Virus record (IMG/VR): IMGVR_UViG_3300021376_000037
Location: 12,998-76,997 of that record
Strand: one strand, 5' to 3'
Origin: a virus
DNA length: 64,000 nt
Shown here: one piece after another, positions 8,039 through 15,237 of the stretch
How positions within the stretch are numbered: the stretch's first letter is position 1
Layout: each line of letters opens with the position of its first letter
The notes under the pieces: generated by a model
What the model saw: only the letters and a program-made list of their open reading frames with translations
Database searches by the model: none
Told to the model about the DNA's origin: nothing
Made by a program: the position numbers and the translations under genes

Positions 8039-8355
8039 TGTTGATAGTAGGTAGTAGGCTTACAAGTAGCCATCTTTAATGAGTGAGACAAAATCCTTAT
8101 AGCAGATATAATTCCGTTAACAGCGGGGAGCGTTGCGAAATATTGCCCGAAGAAAGCACAACGAAACCCGAAGTCAGTTGTGTAGACACATCGTTGGTAG
8201 GAAAGCTCCTATATATCATTAGTCTTGAAGGTTGGGTAATGGGCAGAAAGTCAGGAAACTGATTGGACCGTAATCAACGATAAGATAATACTGAAAATAT
8301 TATTCTGTTGGTTGCCACCATCTCTTTAGTGTAGTAACACGTCTACTATTAACAA
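8038..8355 (+). ncRNA. Structured RNA containing a split mimic of 23S rRNA helices 43/44 (GTPase-associated centre)
   Basis: 13-bp terminal stem 8038-8050/8343-8355. The H43-like segment GTAGGCTTACAAGTAGCCATCTTTAATGAGT and the H44-like hairpin GT-GTAGTA-AC flank a multi-helix insert. No ORF; richer in GC than the flanking genes. Confidence 0.8.
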
Positions 8356-8370
8356 CTTGAAAGGAAATAT

Positions 8371-8670
8371 ATGGCTAAGAAAAAAGAAACATATTGGAAT
8401 TATAGATTATATGAAAAAGAATTTTGTAGTTCCGCTGGAGAAAAATGGACTGAATGTGGTATAATTGAAGTGTATTATGAAGGACAAAAGATTAAAGGTT
8501 ATACAGATAGTTTTATGTTCCCCTATGGTGAATCAGCTGCGGAAGCAAAAGAAGATTTCTTATTAATGAGTAAGGCTTTTGAAAAACCAGTTCTAACAAT
8601 AAAAGATTTAGAACCTAAAAAAACAAAAGCTAAGAAAGTGAAAAAGAAAAATGAGAAAAGCAAGCGTTAA
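8371..8670 (+). CDS. Hypothetical protein (WNYR...EVYY family), copy 1
   Basis: SD AAAGGA; paralog of the next gene. Confidence 0.75.
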   Translation: MAKKKETYWNYRLYEKEFCSSAGEKWTECGIIEVYYEGQKIKGYTDSFMFPYGESAAEAKEDFLLMSKAFEKPVLTIKDLEPKKTKAKKVKKKNEKSKR

Positions 8671-8959
8671 AGATTGGAATTATAGAGTATTTAAATCTGG
8701 TGATTTTTTTGGTATAGTAGAAGTATATTATGATGTTAGCGGAAATCCTGTTGGCTTTAGTGATTATAATTATCCGTTTGGTTATACTGAGGGAGAATTA
8801 AAATTAGATATATCCAGCATGCTAAAAGCTTGCAGATTACCTGTATTAACAAAAGAAGATTTTGAAAAAAAATCTGTACGTAAGAGTAAAATTGTTGTAC
8901 CATCAGTAAAGAATCCTCCACCTAAAGAGGTCATGGCTAAAGGAGATAATAATGTCTAA
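8651..8959 (+). CDS. Hypothetical protein (WNYR...EVYY family), copy 2
   Basis: Shares WNYR, GI.EVYY, P.G and PVLT..D with the previous gene. Confidence 0.75.
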   Translation: MRKASVKDWNYRVFKSGDFFGIVEVYYDVSGNPVGFSDYNYPFGYTEGELKLDISSMLKACRLPVLTKEDFEKKSVRKSKIVVPSVKNPPPKEVMAKGDNNV

Positions 8960-9200
8960 TTCTTGGAAAGTAGAAAATGTTTTTATTTCTTATGAAAATG
9001 CAAAAAATTTTAAAAATGAGTTGCAAAGATCTCCAAGAGGTGCTACATTACAAGTTAAGATTCATCGTTATGCTGCAACCGATAAAGTAAATACACAAAC
9101 ATTTGTTGTTAAAAGTAGAACTGACCCAAGTTTAGTCGCTACAATACAAGAAATAGAAGAACAATTGTTAATTAATAAGAGTAAAACTAAAAAGAAATAG
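8952..9200 (+). CDS. Hypothetical protein
   Basis: SD AAGGAG; overlaps the upstream stop. Confidence 0.65.
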   Translation: MSNSWKVENVFISYENAKNFKNELQRSPRGATLQVKIHRYAATDKVNTQTFVVKSRTDPSLVATIQEIEEQLLINKSKTKKK

Positions 9201-9207
9201 GTGATAT

Positions 9208-9834
9208 ATGATCTTCGGTAAAACACTCAACGACGATAAGGATAAGCAGAAGGAAGCTGCGCCACAACGTAAGTCTAGAGAAAAAGACGAAGATATTCTT
9301 GAGGTAGAACATGAAGATGGACGTATTTATTTTTATACTGAAGTTAACAAAGGTTCTATTTTAGATCTCAATAAGGCTATTCGTGCAAGCGAAGCAGATA
9401 TGCTTCATACTGCTAATGTTTTAGATATTGCTCCACCGCATATTAAATTGCATATTAATAGTCCCGGTGGCAGTTTATTTGACGGTCTTGCAGCAGTTGA
9501 TTATGTACGCAAGTGTAAAGTACCTGTTCATTCTATTATTGAAGGTATGGCAGCGTCTGCTGCTACACTTATTTCTGTAATGGCCCATAAACGTTCCATC
9601 AATAAACATTCTTATATGCTTATTCATCAACTTTCTTCTGGATTAGTAGGAAAGTATGAAGAGTTAGTGGATGATATGGAAAACAATAAAACTTTAATGA
9701 AAGCCATTAAGCAAATTTATCTGGAACGTACAAAAATCCCAGAAAACCTGTTGAAAGATATTCTTAAAAAAGATATCTATTTTGATGCAAAGCAGTGTTT
9801 GAAATACGGTTTAGTAGACCATATTATTGAATAA
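9208..9834 (+). CDS. clpP: ClpP-like protease (S14)
   Basis: INSPGGS, GMAASAA (Ser), YMLIHQ (His), D.YF.A...LKYGLVD. Confidence 0.9.
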   Translation: MIFGKTLNDDKDKQKEAAPQRKSREKDEDILEVEHEDGRIYFYTEVNKGSILDLNKAIRASEADMLHTANVLDIAPPHIKLHINSPGGSLFDGLAAVDYVRKCKVPVHSIIEGMAASAATLISVMAHKRSINKHSYMLIHQLSSGLVGKYEELVDDMENNKTLMKAIKQIYLERTKIPENLLKDILKKDIYFDAKQCLKYGLVDHIIE

Positions 9835-9847
9835 AGGAAAATATACA

Positions 9848-10120
9848 ATGAAGACTATCGTTATGACAGCAGTAGCAGCAGCTATGTTTGTAGGCTGTAC
9901 CAGTAAGACTTCTACACCAGTAACAGGCACAACTACGACCACTACACCTGTTGTTGAAGTAACTGCTCCCGCTGTATCTACACAAACAACCCCTACTGTA
10001 GCCGCTCCAGTTGCTCCACAAACCGCTGTAGTGGCCCCATCCGTAGATGGAAGCTCCTCTGCCGTTCCATCGACAGGTAGCGTTTCTGACAGTTCTACAA
10101 ACACAGTAGAAAAGAAGTAG
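9848..10120 (+). CDS. Small Thr/Pro/Ser-rich lipoprotein
   Basis: Signal and lipobox MKTIVMTAVAAAMFVG-C, then a low-complexity T/P/V/S tail; SD AAAGGA. Confidence 0.75.
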   Translation: MKTIVMTAVAAAMFVGCTSKTSTPVTGTTTTTTPVVEVTAPAVSTQTTPTVAAPVAPQTAVVAPSVDGSSSAVPSTGSVSDSSTNTVEKK

Positions 10121-10130
10121 TTTGCATAAT

Positions 10131-10185
10131 CCCACAGGTGACGGCATGGGGAGTTCGCTTTATTAACGAACAAAAAGATGTCGTC
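10131..10185 (+). other. Candidate small pseudoknotted RNA element
   Basis: Helices CCCA/TGGG, GACGGCA/TGTCGTC and GTTCG/CGAAC in a GC-rich intergenic gap. Confidence 0.4.
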
Positions 10186-10199
10186 TTTCTATTTATTAT

Positions 10200-10502
10200 G
10201 TGCTTCCTATAATAATAATTATAGTGGTTGGATTAATAAATAGTTATGCTTCATTAAAGTCATTTAATGGTGGGAGTTTTTTGTGGCCTTTATTAACTGG
10301 ACAATTATCAGTAATAACATGGACATACATAACAAAACAATCTTTTTCTCCTTGGATGGCTGCTATACTATTTGATGGTTTATATTGTATTAGTTGGTAT
10401 ACTGGTGCTGTGTTACAGGGACAAAAAGTTAATTTATTTCATATAATAGGTGCGCTTTTCGTAATCTGCGGTATAATTATAACAAGTGTAGGTAGTAAAT
10501 AG
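10200..10502 (+). CDS. Small 4-TM membrane protein, SMR/EamA-like
   Basis: Four hydrophobic helices; HIIGALFVICGIII C-terminus; similar architecture to 278-601. Confidence 0.55.
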   Translation: MLPIIIIIVVGLINSYASLKSFNGGSFLWPLLTGQLSVITWTYITKQSFSPWMAAILFDGLYCISWYTGAVLQGQKVNLFHIIGALFVICGIIITSVGSK

Positions 10503-10572
10503 GGCGATTAGTTAAACGGGATAACAACGGCTTTGCAAGCCGTGATTGACAGTTCGATTCTGTCATCGTCCA
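10502..10572 (+). tRNA. tRNA-Ala(UGC)
   Basis: Acceptor GGGCGAT/ATCGTCC with the G3:U70 Ala identity pair; anticodon arm ACGGC-tt-TGC-aa-GCCGT; A73. Confidence 0.93.
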
Positions 10573-10573
10573 T

Positions 10574-10765
10574 ATGAAAAAAAATAACAATAGCAGCACA
10601 GTTTGGTTAAGAATAATGGTAATAATAAACACACTTGCTGTTGCTAGTTATATTTTTTATGGTGAATGGGAAAAGAAACAACCACGGATGGTAAAACATG
10701 TTTGCCAAACCGTGGCTGCTGATCAAGAAAAAGGTTTGATCGCCCTTACCTGCTTAGAAGATTAA
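10574..10765 (+). CDS. Small bitopic membrane protein
   Basis: N-terminal TM segment and two Cys; ATG lies 1 nt past the tRNA-Ala discriminator. Confidence 0.6.
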   Translation: MKKNNNSSTVWLRIMVIINTLAVASYIFYGEWEKKQPRMVKHVCQTVAADQEKGLIALTCLED

Positions 10766-11580
10766 GCGCTTTCTAGTTGCCACAATCCCTCTGCAAGTGC
10801 CAATAATGTCTTAGCATTTTCTAAGCTAACACATATTGATATATGTTCATAAGCTATTGTACGTTTGCTTAATAAACCAATTACTTTACCTTTGTAAAAG
10901 ATACCTGAACCGCTATGACCGGGAGCAGAAGGAAGAGTAACTATTTCTTCGTTATTTTCATCTAATCCCATATATCTACCATCAGTTACGATGAAGATGT
11001 TTTTTGGATGATAGCCAAGAGCAGCACCAGATATTAACACACTTGCTCCAACTGGTGGTGTATTGTCAGCTAATTCTGCTGCTTCTCCTGCTATGCAAGC
11101 ACTTTTAATAACTGACAAATCTTTTTTTCCATCGCCAGCCATAGGATATGCTGCACATTTTTCACCATCTAATCTTTCAACCATCATTTCTATTGTATCT
11201 ATTTTGAAGAAATAAAAACCACTTTCATCAAATTCTAATGTTACCTTTTCTGGATGTGTTACGTGGGCAACACTTAATATCAAACTTTCTTTTTTGTTGT
11301 AGTTATTTCTGACAACCACGCCAGAACCTGTCCAACTTTTGCTTTCGCTTTTTTCTTTTGTTTCTGGTGGAACTGAAGCATTAACACCTAATAAACTAGC
11401 TAAATTGGTTCTATGACCAGAGATTTTAGTATATATTTTAACGGTGCTGCTCATTGCTTCACGGGCATCATAACCTTCTTCTTTAAACATTCCGCAACGT
11501 TTAAAACAACCGCTCATCATTACTAACATCATTGTTGCTGCTATTAATTTATGTTTAATCCATGTATTATTTCCTTTCAT
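10762..11580 (-). CDS. Trypsin-like (S1) serine protease, lipoprotein
   Basis: Lipobox MSG-C; TGSGVV, SVAHV (His), KDLSVI (Asp), GHSGSGIF (Ser); SD GGAGG. Confidence 0.88.
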   Translation of the reverse strand: MKGNNTWIKHKLIAATMMLVMMSGCFKRCGMFKEEGYDAREAMSSTVKIYTKISGHRTNLASLLGVNASVPPETKEKSESKSWTGSGVVVRNNYNKKESLILSVAHVTHPEKVTLEFDESGFYFFKIDTIEMMVERLDGEKCAAYPMAGDGKKDLSVIKSACIAGEAAELADNTPPVGASVLISGAALGYHPKNIFIVTDGRYMGLDENNEEIVTLPSAPGHSGSGIFYKGKVIGLLSKRTIAYEHISICVSLENAKTLLALAEGLWQLESA

Positions 11581-11621
11581 AACGCATTCTCCTCCCTATG
11601 AAGTAGGGTGTGGTATATTAT

Positions 11622-11629
11622 TAACTAGT
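11622..11629 (-). promoter_or_regulatory. Putative late promoter ACTAGTTA
   Basis: Motif lies on the minus strand, about 40 nt upstream of the only minus-strand gene. Confidence 0.55.
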
Positions 11630-11664
11630 GACCAAAAAAATCTTCGGCATTTTGCTACTTTTTG

Positions 11665-11672
11665 ACTATTTA
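11665..11672 (+). promoter_or_regulatory. Putative late promoter ACTATTTA
   Basis: Recurrent intergenic motif, upstream of tRNA-Ser. Confidence 0.5.
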
Positions 11673-11729
11673 CTTCTTAACCTTTTTTCTTTACATAAGC
11701 ACACAGACATGAGACACTGTTTATGTATT

Positions 11730-11816
11730 GGAGAGTTGGCCGAGTGGTCGAAGGCACCTCACTGCTAACGAGGCATACTTTAAAAGGTATCGAAAGTTCG
11801 AATCTTTCACTCTCCG
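11730..11816 (+). tRNA. tRNA-Ser(GCU)
   Basis: Acceptor GGAGAGT/ACTCTCC, anticodon loop ct-GCT-aa, long variable arm, G73. Confidence 0.95.
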
Positions 11817-11853
11817 CTGCTTTTTTGATTACTAGTTATTTTAGGAGGAATAT

Positions 11854-12072
11854 ATGGATATAAAAGGATTGGGAACTCTTAAAGTATTAGAAGTAGTAGA
11901 TAATCCAGATGGTACTGCAACTATTCATTTTGATGTTAGTGAAGATTTTCAAGCCAATCTTGTTAGAGAAATGGGTTGGAGTGAATGGTCACAAGAAAAG
12001 TTTGAAAAGCTTGTTTTAGAGGCATTAGAAAGAGCAGTAGCTACAAAATTAGTTGACCGTATAGAGGATTAA
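11854..12072 (+). CDS. Hypothetical protein
   Basis: SD AGGAGG; ACTAGTTA motif at 11831-11838. Confidence 0.7.
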   Translation: MDIKGLGTLKVLEVVDNPDGTATIHFDVSEDFQANLVREMGWSEWSQEKFEKLVLEALERAVATKLVDRIED

Positions 12073-12076
12073 ATAA

Positions 12077-12277
12077 TTGATTTTACAATTAAATCCAATG
12101 CTTCCTATTTACAGCTGTAAACATAATATGGAAGGTTATGCTTTTATAGTCATAGATTATTCTCAGGAACATGATTTATATTTTGTTGTTGCTTTAAAAA
12201 ATGGAGAAATTTGGACTTTAAACAATAAAGATGTTAAATTTCAAAATAATATTACTTTAGATAGAATAAAAAAATAG
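12077..12277 (+). CDS. Hypothetical protein
   Basis: TTG start with GAGG SD; compact beta-rich 66 aa. Confidence 0.65.
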   Translation: MILQLNPMLPIYSCKHNMEGYAFIVIDYSQEHDLYFVVALKNGEIWTLNNKDVKFQNNITLDRIKK

Positions 12278-12306
12278 TTGACTCATAATAGTTTTACTAG
12301 TATAGT
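12278..12306 (+). promoter_or_regulatory. Sigma70-type promoter
   Basis: TTGACT (12278-12283), 17 bp, TATAGT (12301-12306); predicts a nearly leaderless spoU mRNA. Confidence 0.7.
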
Positions 12307-12315
12307 GTTTTTACT

Positions 12316-12897
12316 ATGCAAATCACCACTATAAACAATAACTCTAATGATAATCGTAACATCGTTGATCGGTATAAGCATGATCGTTTGGTTAAATGGA
12401 CTACGGAAATGATAAAGACTGATCTTCAACAAAAGTCTTTTCCATTTGCAGTTATGATGGAAAACTTTGTTGGAGATTTTAATCTTTCTTCTGTTCTACG
12501 TTCTTGTAATGCCATGAATGGTCGTGAAATGTTCTATTTGGGTCGTAAACAATATGACCGTCGTGGAACTGTTGGAACACATCACTACACTGATTTGATT
12601 AACGTAAAGACCCGTGAGGAGCTTTTAAAGCTAAAGGAACGATATACTTTCGTTGCACTTGAAAATAGCGTACCGCAAGCAGAATCTATTTATGATTTTA
12701 TGTGGCCCGAAAATCCACTTATTATTATTGGTGAAGAGGGAGTAGGGATTACACCAGAAACTCTTGAACTCTGTGACCGTTATGTATTCATTAATCAATA
12801 CGGCTCAGTGCGCTCAATGAATGCAGCAGTAGCGGGAAGTATTGCAATGAATGACTTTGTAATGAAATATGTAAAAAATAAAGACAAGATGCGCTAG
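12316..12897 (+). CDS. SpoU/TrmH-family RNA 2'-O-methyltransferase (SPOUT)
   Basis: Motif 1 EN....FNLSSVLRS, motif 2 IIGEEGVGI, motif 3 I...GSVRSMNAAVAGSI. Confidence 0.9.
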   Translation: MQITTINNNSNDNRNIVDRYKHDRLVKWTTEMIKTDLQQKSFPFAVMMENFVGDFNLSSVLRSCNAMNGREMFYLGRKQYDRRGTVGTHHYTDLINVKTREELLKLKERYTFVALENSVPQAESIYDFMWPENPLIIIGEEGVGITPETLELCDRYVFINQYGSVRSMNAAVAGSIAMNDFVMKYVKNKDKMR

Positions 12898-12942
12898 AAT
12901 ACTATTTATATCGTGCCGATTTATTGCACGAAGGAATACATA

Positions 12943-14256
12943 ATGTCAAAAAAATACTATGTTCTAGATACAAACGTGTATCTAAGTGACTGTGACGCAA
13001 TCTTTGCTTATAAGAATCATAACGTAGCAATCCCTTTAAAAGTATTAGAAGAAGTAGATAAGCACAAGAAACGTCAAGATGGTGTTGGAGCTAACGCAAG
13101 ACAATTTATAAGAACCCTAGATGCCCTTAGAGAAAAAGGAAGTTTAGATGACGGGGCAAAGCTAGGTAAGGGCAAAGGAATTGCCTCAGTTATTCCTTGC
13201 GATTTGTCACTACTTCCTACTGGATTTGAAAAAGATAATGCCGACAACCAAATTATTGCTGCTGCCCTAACTCTTATTCGTGAAATAGGAGATAATAAAA
13301 ATGTATTCTTAGTGTCTCAAGATATCAACATGAGAGTCAAGTGTGACTCCCTTGGTATCAATACAGAAGATTATATTCCTAATCAAATAGTAGAACGTGC
13401 AGAAGAAGTATTTACAGGATTTACACAATATCTTGTTGATGATGCTTTAATTGATCGTTTCTATGCTGGCGAAAAGATCATGTTTGAAGAAAAAGATATT
13501 AAGTTATGTCCAAATCAATTTGTAATGCTTGTATCCAATGCAAATGATAAAAAGACAGCACTAGCTCGTTTCCGTGCTTATAATAAGCCAATTACAAAAG
13601 TTCGGGAATATAAAGACGGTGTTTGGGGTATCTATGCAAAGAATAAAGAACAACAATTTGCATTAGAATTACTTATGGACCCGGAAGTTAAAATTGTTTC
13701 TATTATTGGTCGTGCTGGTGGTGGTAAAACACTCAATGCATTGGCGGCTGGCTTACAACAAATTCTAGATGACAAGGTTTATAAAAAGCTTATTGTATCC
13801 CGCCCCGTCCAGCCAATGGGTAAAGATATCGGTTATTTGCCGGGAACATTAGAAGAAAAAATGTCTCCTTGGCTAGCGCCTGTACAAGACAATTTAGAGT
13901 TTCTTATGGGTGATGATAAAGCACATTTACAAATGTTAATGGAAGCTGGAACAATTGAAATGGAAGCTTTAACATATATCCGTGGTCGTTCTATTGCTAA
14001 TGCTTTTATCATCATCGATGAATCGCAAAATTTAACTTCTCACGAATTAAAGACTATAATTACTCGGGTAGGCGAAGGAACAAAAATAGTATTAACCGGA
14101 GATATTGAACAAATAGATAATGCATATGTAGATGCTACAACAAACGGTCTTACTTATGCTGTAGAAAAGTTAAAAGATTACGAAATTTCTGGTCACATTA
14201 CATTAAAGAAAGGTGAGCGTTCCGCTGTAGCTACTCTAGCCGCTCAAGTATTATAA
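12943..14256 (+). CDS. phoH: PIN-PhoH protein (PhoH2-type)
   Basis: PIN domain VLDTNV...EEVD...DNQII...SQD; Walker A GRAGGGKT; GYLPG, YIRGRS, IIDESQN, GD.EQID. ACTATTTA at 12901. Confidence 0.93.
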   Translation: MSKKYYVLDTNVYLSDCDAIFAYKNHNVAIPLKVLEEVDKHKKRQDGVGANARQFIRTLDALREKGSLDDGAKLGKGKGIASVIPCDLSLLPTGFEKDNADNQIIAAALTLIREIGDNKNVFLVSQDINMRVKCDSLGINTEDYIPNQIVERAEEVFTGFTQYLVDDALIDRFYAGEKIMFEEKDIKLCPNQFVMLVSNANDKKTALARFRAYNKPITKVREYKDGVWGIYAKNKEQQFALELLMDPEVKIVSIIGRAGGGKTLNALAAGLQQILDDKVYKKLIVSRPVQPMGKDIGYLPGTLEEKMSPWLAPVQDNLEFLMGDDKAHLQMLMEAGTIEMEALTYIRGRSIANAFIIIDESQNLTSHELKTIITRVGEGTKIVLTGDIEQIDNAYVDATTNGLTYAVEKLKDYEISGHITLKKGERSAVATLAAQVL

Positions 14257-14528
14257 TGGAAATATTTAATCAAGATTTATTGAAGATTGTTGAAAAAGAA
14301 AATCCAATGAAAGAATGGCTTGTAGATTATGTAGGAAACAAAAGCAAACCAGAAAATGGCGAAGTAACTGTTGAGATGATAGTTACTGAGATGATGAAAG
14401 AGTTTCCAGAATTTCTAATGGTTATTGCAGAGGAGAACTTTATTCGTGGATATCAGCAAGCTTTTGCTGATTTAGAAAATAGTGAACAAATTACACAAAC
14501 AGCACCAGAAGAACAAAAAAATGAGTAG
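14256..14528 (+). CDS. Hypothetical protein
   Basis: TAATG-coupled ORF. Confidence 0.7.
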   Translation: MEIFNQDLLKIVEKENPMKEWLVDYVGNKSKPENGEVTVEMIVTEMMKEFPEFLMVIAEENFIRGYQQAFADLENSEQITQTAPEEQKNE

Positions 14529-15207
14529 TGAATCATATATTAGAGAATCTTCCAAAAAAGCTAAAAAAGCATTAAAAGAGTATACTCTATTTGATGAAAT
14601 AATGGTAGTAATAAAAGATGCTGTAGGAGAAGACATAAATCTTGATTTTATATTTAAAACAGTTAATAAAAGAATTCCACAGCATTTAGCAAGAGAAATA
14701 GATATTGTATATATTGGGCAATTTCCTCAATTAAAAGCAAGAAATGTTGAATCTGCGTATTTAAATGGTGCTATATTTTTATCTAATTTAATAGTTGACG
14801 ATGATACATTTATTAAAAGTATAATACATGAACTGGCTCATAACGTAGAAAAAATATATGGTCGTGAAGTATATGGAGATCAAAGAATTATAGATGAATT
14901 TATAGAAAAACGTAAAAGACTAAGAGACACATTAGAAAACAAAGATTTATTTTGTGATCCTCGTTTATATATCCAGTTTGACTATAATAAAATATTTGAT
15001 GACTTTTTATACAAGACAGTAGGTTATGACAGATTAGCTATATTAACTACTAATTTATTTGTTTCACCGTATGCTGCTACAAGCTTAAGAGAATATTTTG
15101 CTAATGGTTTTGAGCATTATTTTGTCGATGAAAATCCAAAATTCTTAAAATCTCTATCTCCACAATTATACCTAAAGATTAATTCTTTGACAAGAATGCA
15201 AGATTAG
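14521..15207 (+). CDS. Zinc metallopeptidase-like protein (anthrax lethal factor/gluzincin-like)
   Basis: IIHELAH plus SPYAATSLREYFANGF. Confidence 0.65.
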   Translation: MSSESYIRESSKKAKKALKEYTLFDEIMVVIKDAVGEDINLDFIFKTVNKRIPQHLAREIDIVYIGQFPQLKARNVESAYLNGAIFLSNLIVDDDTFIKSIIHELAHNVEKIYGREVYGDQRIIDEFIEKRKRLRDTLENKDLFCDPRLYIQFDYNKIFDDFLYKTVGYDRLAILTTNLFVSPYAATSLREYFANGFEHYFVDENPKFLKSLSPQLYLKINSLTRMQD

Positions 15208-15215
15208 TGTATACT
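15187..15215 (+). promoter_or_regulatory. Sigma70-type promoter with overlapping inverted repeat
   Basis: TTGACA (15187-15192), 17 bp, TATACT (15210-15215). Confidence 0.75.
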
Positions 15216-15237
15216 CATATTAGAAAGTGAGTATATA

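Noticed and set aside
8085-8328. Group I intron, RNase P RNA or tmRNA
   Set aside because: No recognisable P7/J8-7 or terminal G, and no tRNA-like ends. AGAAAGTCAGG only loosely resembles the RNase P GGAAAGUC motif and is better explained as a GNRA hairpin.
8051-8341. True 23S rRNA gene fragment or host chimera
   Set aside because: Similarity is limited to H43 and H44, which are 244 nt apart, carry compensatory changes and sit inside a non-rRNA terminal stem.
10118-10185. Stop-codon readthrough pseudoknot after TAG
   Set aside because: Readthrough meets TAA two codons later, and there is no slippery heptamer.
10502-10572. tRNA-Cys(GCA)
   Set aside because: The 7-nt loop TTTGCAA centres on TGC, and the G3:U70 pair with A73 marks Ala.
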